Positions 29,784 through 38,872 of a DNA stretch of 64,000 bases are shown here, piece after piece (the first letter of the stretch is position 1; each line of letters opens with the position of its first letter). The position numbers and the translations under genes are program-made. This DNA comes from an uncultured delta proteobacterium (GTDB lineage: Bacteria; Desulfobacterota; Syntrophorhabdia; Syntrophorhabdales; WCHB1-27), in NCBI GenBank assembly GCA_963810935.1, contig CAWEPK010000009.1, positions 128,001-192,000 of the forward strand. Reading direction: 5' to 3'. The notes below the pieces were generated by a model, which worked only from the letters and a program-made list of their open reading frames with translations, was not told the origin of the DNA and made no database searches.

Positions 29784-30950
29784 TCAACCGCCACCGTGCG
29801 TTTTGATCATTTTGCCCCCTTCGACAACCCGGTAGCGTATGCCCCTCCAACGGACTCTTGACCCCGCGAAGCTCCACAGCCATACAAAAAAACTGATGAC
29901 GTCCTTTACGGGCAGGAGAAACAGCCACCTGGCCCAGGCAGCATCGCGGATAACCTTCCTATGTATAAGACTCGCAATCGCGTACCGCAGAGCGAGCGCC
30001 AGGCCCGCGACCCAGGCGGTCAATCCGCCCGGATTGGCGAGAAGGAGCAGGAGGGCAAAGGGAAAGATATGGGTAATGCCGTAGCCCGCGAAGCCCTTTG
30101 GCCTCGACGCCCGGTAAGTCCTTGCCCAGCGCAACTGGTGGAGCAGGTACTCGCCGATTTCCATCCGTCCGACGCTGTTTTCGACAACGTACCCGCTCAG
30201 GACGTTCTCGTAGCCCTTCTGAGCGCACCTGTACCCCAACTGGTAATCATCGGCCAGATAGTCGGCGACTGCCGCGAAGCCGCCGATATCGCGAAGTGTA
30301 TCCTTCGATATGAGGATGGAGGCGCCCAGCCCGAAGCCTATGCCCTCCATGCGCCTTGCAACGAGCACCGAGGGGATGAAATCGACGGCAATCGTCAGCG
30401 ACTCCAGGGCGCTGCCGACGGAGGCCGGCCTGGACGTCTTGTAGAGGGAGGTCACGATCCCCGTCTTTTTGCCCTGCATGTATTCGCCCATTATACGGCT
30501 TAAGTAATCCCTGCCGACGAGCATGTCGCTGTCGGAGAGCACGAGCATGGGGTAGCGGGCCGCACCGGCGAGGTTTTGGAGGTTGAGCACCTTCAGGTTG
30601 GCGCCGGTCCCGGCGTCGCTCACTACGACGCGGGCGTCGCAGGGGGCGGACGCCGCAAGCTGCGAGACAAGCGGGAGTGCCGGGTCGTCCGCGTCCCGAA
30701 AACCGAAGAGCACTTCGAAGGCAGGGTAGTCCTGATCGAGAAAGCTTGCCAGGTTTTCCGCGCACGAGGGGTCCGCACCCTTTATCGGCTTCAGGATCGA
30801 GACGCCGAGGACGTCTTTGGGCCGGGGGCCGGTCGTCTTTTCCGACCGTGACTTCCTGAAGAAATCGAGCACGCAGAAGAGGGAAAGAATGTGGTAGCAG
30901 CCCCCCAGTACGACGAGTGCAAAAAGGAGGATGGAAAGGGTCGTTATCAT
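29784..30950 (-). CDS. hpnI: Hopanoid glycosyltransferase HpnI
   Basis: SILKPIKG, DSD, LADDY, QLRWART (GT2/GT21-like); hopanoid context. Confidence 0.88.
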   Translation of the reverse strand: MITTLSILLFALVVLGGCYHILSLFCVLDFFRKSRSEKTTGPRPKDVLGVSILKPIKGADPSCAENLASFLDQDYPAFEVLFGFRDADDPALPLVSQLAASAPCDARVVVSDAGTGANLKVLNLQNLAGAARYPMLVLSDSDMLVGRDYLSRIMGEYMQGKKTGIVTSLYKTSRPASVGSALESLTIAVDFIPSVLVARRMEGIGFGLGASILISKDTLRDIGGFAAVADYLADDYQLGYRCAQKGYENVLSGYVVENSVGRMEIGEYLLHQLRWARTYRASRPKGFAGYGITHIFPFALLLLLANPGGLTAWVAGLALALRYAIASLIHRKVIRDAAWARWLFLLPVKDVISFFVWLWSFAGSRVRWRGIRYRVVEGGKMIKTHGGG

Positions 30951-31000
30951 CTCGTCAAAGCCTTCCCAAGACGGGTCCGCAGATAGTACAATATAGGACC

Positions 31001-31735
31001 ATGAAGCTGCTCATCCTCTACGCCATTCCAAGGGAGATCGCTCCCGCCGCCAGGCTGTTCGGGCAAAAAGAGAGACTTTCCGGCAGGCCGTATCCCATTG
31101 TTCGCTTCCGCCACCCAATCCACACGGTCCTGGCTGCCGAGACAGGCGTCGGCGTCCTGAACGCGGGCCGTCTCTTCCTGCGTCTCATGGAGTCCGAAAA
31201 GCCCGACGCGGCAGTCTCCCTCGGCTACTGCGGCGCCCTCAGCCCCGACGCGGATATCGGCGACCTTGTCTGGGCTTCCAGCGTCTGCCTGATTAAAAGC
31301 GGGCGGTCGGAAACCCTCTCCCTACCCGACCCCGGAGGCCTCCTCGGGCTTATCCAGGGCCGCCTTTCCATAAGGGCGGGGACATTCTTTACGCTTGCCG
31401 GGCCGATGAAAAAAAAGGAGATCGTCCGTTTCGTACCCGACGGCACGCCGCTGCCCGTCTGCGACATGGAAACCTTCGCCCTGGCCCGGCACGCAACCGC
31501 CGCGAAGCTTCCGTTTTTCGCTATCCGGAGCGTAAGCGACCGCCACGACGAAGACATAGCCTTCGACCCACAGGCCGTCTGCGACCGCTTCGGCATTTAC
31601 AAGCCGCTTCTCGCGGTCCGGCTCTTCCTCACAAAACCGGGCCTTCTTGCCCAGGCGATACGCCTCGGCCGGACATCGAAGGTCGCGTCGCGCAGCCTCG
31701 CCCTGGCCCTCGACGCCCTGCTGCGCGCCTTGTAA
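31001..31735 (+). CDS. hpnG: HpnG-like nucleoside phosphorylase/nucleosidase
   Basis: GYCGAL, CDMETFA, IRSVSD; hopanoid context. Confidence 0.75.
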   Translation: MKLLILYAIPREIAPAARLFGQKERLSGRPYPIVRFRHPIHTVLAAETGVGVLNAGRLFLRLMESEKPDAAVSLGYCGALSPDADIGDLVWASSVCLIKSGRSETLSLPDPGGLLGLIQGRLSIRAGTFFTLAGPMKKKEIVRFVPDGTPLPVCDMETFALARHATAAKLPFFAIRSVSDRHDEDIAFDPQAVCDRFGIYKPLLAVRLFLTKPGLLAQAIRLGRTSKVASRSLALALDALLRAL

Positions 31736-31761
31736 AACCGCCCCCCTTTTTTTGGGAAACG

Positions 31762-32613
31762 TCAGGCCTGCCCGGGCACAACCGCCTCGGGGAAATCCCT
31801 CATGTGCGCCTCCAGGGCTTGCGCGGTCGCCGTCCCGCGAAGCCTCGTCCTGACTACCGAAACCAGTAAGGCCAGCGGGAGCAGGACGATGAAGATGTCT
31901 GCCCAGAGGAGGTTATATTCACCGATGTAGAGCGTCATCGACATATTAAATGCCATGACGGAGCAATAAAGGGCCGGGCCGAACAGGTATCTCCAGGGGA
32001 AAGCCGGGGTGTAGAGGTCCCTGCCGGAGAGGCGGTCGATAAGCTGCAGGACGTAAATCAAAACGAACCCGACGCAAAACCAGCCGATGAAATTCGAGAT
32101 GGGGATGCCGAAGTAGATTCCTTCTTTCGCATAACCGTACATCAGGCCGAGAAACCACCTGTCGCCCCTCAGCGAGACGGGGTCTATAATGATATCGAGG
32201 TACATGAAGAAAAGCGCGCCAAGGAGGCGCGCGCCGAAGGAATGCCTTATCTTTTTATTTTCCAGCAGGTAGATGCCGCGTGCCGGGATCGACGGCGCAA
32301 TCGCGAGAAGAGCCATCGTGTACGACGCATAGGCGAGGAAGACGAAGCTCATAGAGTCCATGAAAGGCACGCCCAGGACCCACAGCTCCCGGCCCTTCGT
32401 CGCGGGGATGTAATAGTAGCTGCCGTACGGTATGCCGTTGTGGATGGACGAGAACTCGGAGGCCCATGCGACAACGTATCCCGCGACCGCAAAGAGAAGC
32501 GCCCGCTTCACCCCCAAATGGAGCGAGCAGGCGAGCAGATAAGCCAGAAAAAAGGCCGCGAAGTAAGGCCTGAGCGCGATGGTCCCAAGAAGCTGGCCGA
32601 AAAACGCTTCCAT
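31762..32613 (-). CDS. CruF/DUF422-family membrane hydratase-like protein
   Basis: TGATG coupling to hpnH; GIPYGSYYY, LGVP, DIIIDP, YFGIPISNFIGWF. Confidence 0.8.
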   Translation of the reverse strand: MEAFFGQLLGTIALRPYFAAFFLAYLLACSLHLGVKRALLFAVAGYVVAWASEFSSIHNGIPYGSYYYIPATKGRELWVLGVPFMDSMSFVFLAYASYTMALLAIAPSIPARGIYLLENKKIRHSFGARLLGALFFMYLDIIIDPVSLRGDRWFLGLMYGYAKEGIYFGIPISNFIGWFCVGFVLIYVLQLIDRLSGRDLYTPAFPWRYLFGPALYCSVMAFNMSMTLYIGEYNLLWADIFIVLLPLALLVSVVRTRLRGTATAQALEAHMRDFPEAVVPGQA

Positions 32614-33617
32614 CAGGAGGGGAGCATGTTCCAGAGCATCAGGCGGAGCATCGACCGGGGACGGGTGAAGACCTCGCGCATCGCCGTCGGCTCGAAGCCG
32701 CTGTGCACCATGCAATTCGCGCAGCGGACGTCTCTACCCGGCCCATATGAATCCCAGTCCGTCTTTTTCATAAGCTCGGAAAACGTGGCGAAGTATTCGT
32801 CGGTGATGAGGTAGCAGGGCGACTTCCAGCCCAAAGGGTTTCGCGTCGGGCTGCCCCAAGGCGTGCAGGCCATCTGCCTTTTCCCCTCCAGGAAATCGAG
32901 GTACAGGGGGGTCCCGGTCATGGGCAGGCCGCGAAAGGCCCTGCGCATCCGCCTGAATTTTCCTGCCGCTTCTTCCTTCGACAGGAAAATACTTTCCGAA
33001 ACACTCTCATACCCGAACGCGGGCGTAACGAGGATGCCGTCAACGCCGATATTCTTCAGGAGTGAGAAAAGGGCGATAATCTCCTGTGCCTCGCTCTCTT
33101 TATAAACGGACGTATTCGTCCATACCCGGAAACCCTTCCGTACCCCTGCCTTTACGGCCTCCAGGCTCGTAGCGAACGAGCCGGACCGGCCCGTTATGCG
33201 GTCGTGGGTGGCTTCCATACCGTCGATATGGAAGCTCAAGGTCAGGCGCGGGTCGGGCTTGGTGGCATCGATGAACGAGGCGGCCAGCAGCCCGTTCGTG
33301 CACAGGTAGACGTGCCGCCTCATGCGGTAAAGGCCCGCCAGGAGAGGCTTCAGGTCCCCGTAAAGCAGCGGCTCGCCGCCCGTAACGGTTACCACGGGCG
33401 CGCCCGACTCGGAGACGGCCGCCAGGCAGTCTTCCAGGGTAAGGTCCGGCGAGCGCCCCTGCTCATAGAGCCTTATCCTGTCGCAGCCTGCACAGCAAAG
33501 GTTGCACCTGTGCGTGGGCTCCAGCATAAGGACCAGGGGGAATTTTCCCCAGCCGGCAATTGCCTTGCTAAAGAAACGGCCCGTAAGGGCTGCGCACAGA
33601 CCGGGCGAAAAGCGCAT
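32613..33617 (-). CDS. hpnH: Adenosylhopane synthase, radical SAM HpnH
   Basis: PLVLMLEP..CNLCCAGC, CTPWG.PT, CANCMVHSGFE. Confidence 0.93.
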   Translation of the reverse strand: MRFSPGLCAALTGRFFSKAIAGWGKFPLVLMLEPTHRCNLCCAGCDRIRLYEQGRSPDLTLEDCLAAVSESGAPVVTVTGGEPLLYGDLKPLLAGLYRMRRHVYLCTNGLLAASFIDATKPDPRLTLSFHIDGMEATHDRITGRSGSFATSLEAVKAGVRKGFRVWTNTSVYKESEAQEIIALFSLLKNIGVDGILVTPAFGYESVSESIFLSKEEAAGKFRRMRRAFRGLPMTGTPLYLDFLEGKRQMACTPWGSPTRNPLGWKSPCYLITDEYFATFSELMKKTDWDSYGPGRDVRCANCMVHSGFEPTAMREVFTRPRSMLRLMLWNMLPS

Positions 33618-33653
33618 ATGCTTGCCTCAGCTTGCTGTATTTTGCATGGTGAA

Positions 33654-34466
33654 TCAGGTATTACCGGCTTTGCCCGTCGTGGCCGTGATGAACGATAGGG
33701 CGTCGTCGAGGGCGTCAAGCTGCAAGTGGGTATTCTTGCAAGGGCCTTCCGGCCTTTTATTCGGTATCGCGAGGACGGGTATCTTCTCCGCCACGTCCTT
33801 GATCCCGCTGATAAGGTCCCTTTCGCACGCTATGGCAAGGATGAGCGAAGGTTTGTACTGCCTGATCGCCCTTCTCGCTTCCTCGCCGCCGGCCGCAGTT
33901 ACGATTTCCACAGCCCTGCCGTTCGTCCGCTCGACCACCTGGCGCCTGGCGTCCTTCTCCAGGCAGCGGGGCAGAAGGACAAGGAGCGTATCCGACCGCA
34001 CTTCCCTGGCGTGGCTCTTCACCATCAAATTGTGGGCCTTAATGAACGAATTGCCTACCCTGTCCCTGCTTATACCCATTTTTCCTCCCAGCCACATGGT
34101 CTTCGAGAGGAGGGACAGGAGGAATTTCGCGCCCCACATATAGGGGAAAATCGATTTCCGGAACTTCAGCAGAAGGGTCGTCTCGACCGCCACAAGGAGC
34201 AATACGATGACGGTCAGAAGAATTGTCGCCCACCCGATAAGGCTCGAAAGAAGCGGGCTCAACTGCTCGAACCTGGGCTTGGCCAGGTACCAGGCTATCT
34301 GGAGGCACGCGAAGAAAATGAGGACGGCCCCGGCAGCGAGCGTGAGGAACGTGCTCAGCTTCTCGTCGATCTCCGCGTCACGCGGATCGCCGTTCCAGTC
34401 GAGCCATTCGTCTCCCAGCCTTCTGTCCGGCGGGCCCTTCTTCTTGTCGCTGTCGTTTTCGTTCAC
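33654..34466 (-). CDS. DUF116-family membrane-anchored protein
   Basis: LLPRCL, AIACERDLISGI, NKRPEGPCKNT; two N-terminal TM helices; overlaps hpnA stop. Confidence 0.8.
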   Translation of the reverse strand: MNENDSDKKKGPPDRRLGDEWLDWNGDPRDAEIDEKLSTFLTLAAGAVLIFFACLQIAWYLAKPRFEQLSPLLSSLIGWATILLTVIVLLLVAVETTLLLKFRKSIFPYMWGAKFLLSLLSKTMWLGGKMGISRDRVGNSFIKAHNLMVKSHAREVRSDTLLVLLPRCLEKDARRQVVERTNGRAVEIVTAAGGEEARRAIRQYKPSLILAIACERDLISGIKDVAEKIPVLAIPNKRPEGPCKNTHLQLDALDDALSFITATTGKAGNT

Positions 34467-35476
34467 GCTCTACTCCCCGCTGAGCGGCCCTTCACAAATC
34501 CTTTCCGTATATACCATTCTATTGCCTTCCGGGCCGCACTTTCAACTGAATTTTGCGCCATGCCCAGCTTGCGCACTGCCTTCGAGCAGTCGACAAACAT
34601 GTAATGGCGCGCCATTCTGACGCCGTCCAAGGGTATGGCAGGCCTCGTCCTGGTCAGTTTCGACACTACCTCGCTCGCGTGGGCGAGCATAAGCACCGGT
34701 GTGTAAGGGAGCCTCCAGCGGGGCGGTTCTTTCCCCGTCAGGCCGGCTAGTATCCACAAAAATTGCTTGAGCGTCAGGTTCGCGTTCCCCAATATGTACC
34801 TTTCTCCCGGCGTCCCCGCCTCGGAGGCCCTCACGTGCGCCTCCGCGACGTCCTCGACGTCGACGAAATTGAGGCCCGTGTCCAGGTAGGCAGGCATCCT
34901 GCCGTTCAGGAAATCGACTATGATCTTGCCCGTCGGCGTCGGCTTCCTGTCCATGGTCCCTATAGGCGCGGTCGGGTTGACGATCACTACCGGCAACCCC
35001 TTCGCCGCGAAGCCCCTCACCTCTTTTTCGGCAAGGAATTTCGACCTTTTGTAGTGACCCGTCATATCCTCCAGGCGGGCCTGCGTCTCCTCGTCGGCCG
35101 GCGCACCGTTTTTTGCGGCTGCCAGCACGCCCACCGTGCTCGTATAGACCACCTTCGAAACCCCGGCGGCAAGGGCCGCCCGCATCACGTTGACGGCGCC
35201 CCCCACGTTGATATCGTACATGCTGCCCGGATCGGGCACCCAGAGCCGGTAATCCGCGGCGACGTGATAGACCTCGTCGCAGCCTTTTTCAGCCCTGCAT
35301 ACTGCCTCGTAGTCGCGAAGGTCACCCCGGACCGGCTCTACTTCGAGGGCCAGAAGCTCCGACACGTCTGCACCCTCCCTTGCGAGGGCGCGCACGGCCA
35401 GCCCTTTATCCTTTAGCGCCTTCGCTACGTGGTACCCGATGAAACCGGTTGCCCCCGTGACTAAGGCACGCTTCAT
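34463..35476 (-). CDS. hpnA: Hopanoid-associated NAD-dependent epimerase HpnA
   Basis: TGATGFIG, AADYRLW, YKRSK, KPTPTG. Confidence 0.93.
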   Translation of the reverse strand: MKRALVTGATGFIGYHVAKALKDKGLAVRALAREGADVSELLALEVEPVRGDLRDYEAVCRAEKGCDEVYHVAADYRLWVPDPGSMYDINVGGAVNVMRAALAAGVSKVVYTSTVGVLAAAKNGAPADEETQARLEDMTGHYKRSKFLAEKEVRGFAAKGLPVVIVNPTAPIGTMDRKPTPTGKIIVDFLNGRMPAYLDTGLNFVDVEDVAEAHVRASEAGTPGERYILGNANLTLKQFLWILAGLTGKEPPRWRLPYTPVLMLAHASEVVSKLTRTRPAIPLDGVRMARHYMFVDCSKAVRKLGMAQNSVESAARKAIEWYIRKGFVKGRSAGSRA

Positions 35477-37467
35477 TATTCCTTCTCAGGCTCGCTCGAG
35501 GGGAATGCGCCCGTTTGGACAACCGAGAGGAACCGGCCCAGGGCCATGCAGGGGAAGCAGTTCCGGTAATTATGATACTTTATCATAAAGTGCTTCGGAA
35601 AACCTGTGGCCGTAAAGTCTTCCTCTTCCCATGTGCCGTCGGGCGCCTGCATGTCGAGCAGGAACCGCACCCCCTCGGCCGCTTCCGGGCACGCGGCTTC
35701 TCCGGCCGCTATAAGGGCCATCAACACCCAGGCGGTCTGTGACGCAGTGCTCTTCCAGCTCATCCTCGCTCTCGGGTTCGTATAGGATTCGCAGGCCTCG
35801 CCCCATCCGCCGTCGGGGTTCTGCCACCTTTTCAGCTCATCTACCGCCCTTCTCACGTATGGCTTCGTCATGTCTTCGCCTATGGAGCTCAAGCCGGCAA
35901 GGACCGACCACGTACCATACAGGTAATTGACGCCCCACCTGCCCCACCAGAGGCTGTCCTTCTCCTGCGTTTTCATGAGAAACTTTATGGCGGCCCTGAC
36001 TACGTCATCGGAGAGGGAATAGCCTGCGCAGCCGAGCAGCTCCAGGACGCGCCCGGTGATATCGGGCGTGCTCGGATCAATCATGGCCTCGAGGTCCCCG
36101 AACGGTATCTGGTTGAGCACATCCACGTTGTTGTCTACGTCGAAGGCGCCCCATCCTCCGTCCTTCCCCTGCATGCCGAGCACCCAGTCTATGGCCCTTT
36201 TATAATTCTCCGACGTGAGGAACTTCTCCCGGCCGCATTTGTTGAGCAGCATGAGCACTACGGCCGTGTCGTCCACGTCCGGGTACCAGTTGTTGACGAA
36301 CTCGAAGGCCCACCCGCCCGGCTCCAGATCGGGTCTTTTTACGCTCCAGTCGCCCTTTTTGAATATCTGCTTGTCGGCCAGCCACCTGCATGCGCTTTCC
36401 ATAGCGGGATTTTCTCGCTTCAGGCCCGAAGAGGTGAGGGCAAGGGCGGTAAGTGCCGTGTCCCACACCGGGGAGATGCACGACTGAAGGAGCATCTCGT
36501 TCTCCCGCTCGATGGTGAACCTTTCCAGCGCGTCGAACCCTTTTTTGACGGGCTCATAGGAAAGGTCGTGCCCCTGAACGAGGAGGGCGAGGATGGAGTT
36601 GACCATGGCCGGCTGGATGCCGCCCCAGTCACCGGTCTCTTCCTGGTGCTCGCGCACCCAGTTCAGCGCCTGCTTCAGGCCCTTTTCCCTGAACGACCTC
36701 AGCTTGCTTTCCTCCACCGCCTTAATCAGCCGGTCGAGCTGGCTGAAGAAGCGCTTCCAGGAAAGCAGGGGCTCGCGCTTCTTGCGCGCCTTGTTCCTCG
36801 GGTCCTGCGCGAACAGCTCCTGCACGCCCCGGCTGTCCTGCACCGCCCTTACGGGTTTGGCGTCCAGGACGATAGACAGCGGGACAAACGTGGCCCGCGC
36901 CCAACTGGAGAAATTATAGATGTTGATGGGGAACCATGGGGGCAGCAGCACGATCTCGACGGGTACCGAGGGGATGGCCTTCCAATCGTACTGTCCGAAG
37001 AGGCCGAGGAATATCTTCGTGAAAAACCTCGTCTCCGACGGGCCGCCGCATGCCATTATAAACTCGCGGGCGCGGGTCATGCGCAAATCGTGTGCAGGCA
37101 CACCGGCCAGCTTGAGGGCAAAGTACGCCTCCACGCTGGTGCTGATGTCGCCCTTGCCGCCTTTGTATATCGCCCACGTCCCATCGGGCCTTTGCTGCCT
37201 GAGGATATAGTTCGCGATCTTCACGTCCCGCTCGTGGTCGACGAGCCCGGCGAAATGGAGAAGCATAAGGTATTCCGCCGTTATGGTCACGTTCGATTCC
37301 AGCTCGAACCACCAGTAACCTTCTTCGTTCTGGCTGCGGAGAAAATATTCGGCCGTCCTGTCGACTGCTTGCGACACCCGGTTCACAAAATCGCCGGCGT
37401 CCACGCCTTCGGGTCTGACGTCAGGTCCGTTCGACAGGCGACTAACATTATCGATGAGCATATGCAA
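35476..37467 (-). CDS. shc: Squalene-hopene cyclase
   Basis: DVDDTA catalytic motif, QW repeats, GRWGVNY, TGFP. Confidence 0.98.
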   Translation of the reverse strand: MHMLIDNVSRLSNGPDVRPEGVDAGDFVNRVSQAVDRTAEYFLRSQNEEGYWWFELESNVTITAEYLMLLHFAGLVDHERDVKIANYILRQQRPDGTWAIYKGGKGDISTSVEAYFALKLAGVPAHDLRMTRAREFIMACGGPSETRFFTKIFLGLFGQYDWKAIPSVPVEIVLLPPWFPINIYNFSSWARATFVPLSIVLDAKPVRAVQDSRGVQELFAQDPRNKARKKREPLLSWKRFFSQLDRLIKAVEESKLRSFREKGLKQALNWVREHQEETGDWGGIQPAMVNSILALLVQGHDLSYEPVKKGFDALERFTIERENEMLLQSCISPVWDTALTALALTSSGLKRENPAMESACRWLADKQIFKKGDWSVKRPDLEPGGWAFEFVNNWYPDVDDTAVVLMLLNKCGREKFLTSENYKRAIDWVLGMQGKDGGWGAFDVDNNVDVLNQIPFGDLEAMIDPSTPDITGRVLELLGCAGYSLSDDVVRAAIKFLMKTQEKDSLWWGRWGVNYLYGTWSVLAGLSSIGEDMTKPYVRRAVDELKRWQNPDGGWGEACESYTNPRARMSWKSTASQTAWVLMALIAAGEAACPEAAEGVRFLLDMQAPDGTWEEEDFTATGFPKHFMIKYHNYRNCFPCMALGRFLSVVQTGAFPSSEPEKE

Positions 37468-37499
37468 AGAGGTCCTCGCTAAAGTACGCTATTTCACCA

Positions 37500-37943
37500 T
37501 TAAGGTGTTGGGCTTCCCGGCCCCCGGTCTTCCAATGACACGCTCCTCGAGGTCTTTGTCTGGGCCTGCGCGGTCCGTTGACGGCCCTCTTCCATCGCGA
37601 CAAGCGCTGTTCCTATAACGATCACGATGATACCCGTCCACCGCAGCAATGATATCTGCTCCTTCAGGAAAAACTTGGCCAGGACCGCAGCAAAGAGATA
37701 GGAGAGCGCAGTAAGGGGCATGACGTAGCTAAGATCCGCCCAGGAGAGCGCCAGGAGGTATAGAAAAAAGAAGCAGGCTGCGAAAAACACCCCGATGAGT
37801 ACGATCGGGTTCGTAGCCACTAGTGCAAACCACCTGAAGAACGACGCATTTTCCAGGCCTATCTGCTTCATGCCGAAGCTGAGAAACGACTCTCCAACCG
37901 CCGTGCACATGGTTGCGATCAAAACTACCACTAATGTTTTCAT
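37500..37943 (-). CDS. Small DMT/EamA (ArnE/F-like) membrane protein
   Basis: ALSWADLSYVMP; four TM segments. Confidence 0.8.
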   Translation of the reverse strand: MKTLVVVLIATMCTAVGESFLSFGMKQIGLENASFFRWFALVATNPIVLIGVFFAACFFFLYLLALSWADLSYVMPLTALSYLFAAVLAKFFLKEQISLLRWTGIIVIVIGTALVAMEEGRQRTAQAQTKTSRSVSLEDRGPGSPTP

Positions 37944-38872
37944 GCAGGCGCTGCCCCTTCCGCAGCAGACGCCAGGTATCCCCTCGGACCCGAAAGCGCC
38001 CTGAAGCCGACCGGCGTGAGGCCCAGGGCTTTCACCCTGTCCCTTATCCTGCCCGATCTTACCGCACCGGCCTCCAACGAACCGCCGGGGGTTGCCGTAT
38101 CGGGATGTAAATATATCTCGCTCGTCGCGCCCCGCAGGTGCGGCAGGACGGCAAGCAGGTAACCCTCGCTTATTCTTCCCGACCCTGACAGCCCGAAAAC
38201 GTTGTCCGCCGCGCAGAGTCCCAGCCCTTGCGCAACCCGCAGGCCGCGCACCGCAAGGAGCCTGAACACGAGCCAGGCAACGAACGCACGCGCATCGAGC
38301 CGCGGCCCGTGCAGCCTAACGACAAAGCTCAAAGGCTCTCGCGGTATCCTCAACCAGGCGACGTTCCTATCGGCCGCCTGTCTGGCGATGATATCGAACA
38401 GGAGAGGATGCATGTGAAGGTGATGGTGGCAATCCACATGCGCCGGGCGGATGCCTGCCGCCTCTACTTTGTCGAACTGCGCCTTCACCTCCGCCTCTAC
38501 CTGGCCGGCTATCGACCTTCTCAACCTCCAGTATGCGACCCCGGCACTGAAGGGGGTGCGCCGGAAAAAACCGCTTTCATCGACGAGGTCCGGGACGGCC
38601 GAACGGGGCAGCACGGAGCGGCAGTCGGACAGCGTAACGTGGATCCCTACCGAAAGCTCCGGCGTCCGGGCGGCGATGGAGACCGCCTCGTCGAAGGCGT
38701 CTCCGCCTGCCATTATGCTTGCCGACGTAAGCACGCCCAGGCCGCAGGCAGCCAAAACAGCCTGGTTGAGAGAGCCGGAGCGACCAAAATCGTCGGCCGT
38801 CACTACGAGATATCTTTTGTCGGCTGACGTCGTAGCGATACCCCTATCCCTTTCCGCCATGCCGCCTTCCAT
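37940..38872 (-). CDS. hpnK: HpnK/YdjC-family deacetylase
   Basis: TADDFG, GIHVTL, HVDCHHHLH, EIYLHP. Confidence 0.9.
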   Translation of the reverse strand: MEGGMAERDRGIATTSADKRYLVVTADDFGRSGSLNQAVLAACGLGVLTSASIMAGGDAFDEAVSIAARTPELSVGIHVTLSDCRSVLPRSAVPDLVDESGFFRRTPFSAGVAYWRLRRSIAGQVEAEVKAQFDKVEAAGIRPAHVDCHHHLHMHPLLFDIIARQAADRNVAWLRIPREPLSFVVRLHGPRLDARAFVAWLVFRLLAVRGLRVAQGLGLCAADNVFGLSGSGRISEGYLLAVLPHLRGATSEIYLHPDTATPGGSLEAGAVRSGRIRDRVKALGLTPVGFRALSGPRGYLASAAEGAAPA

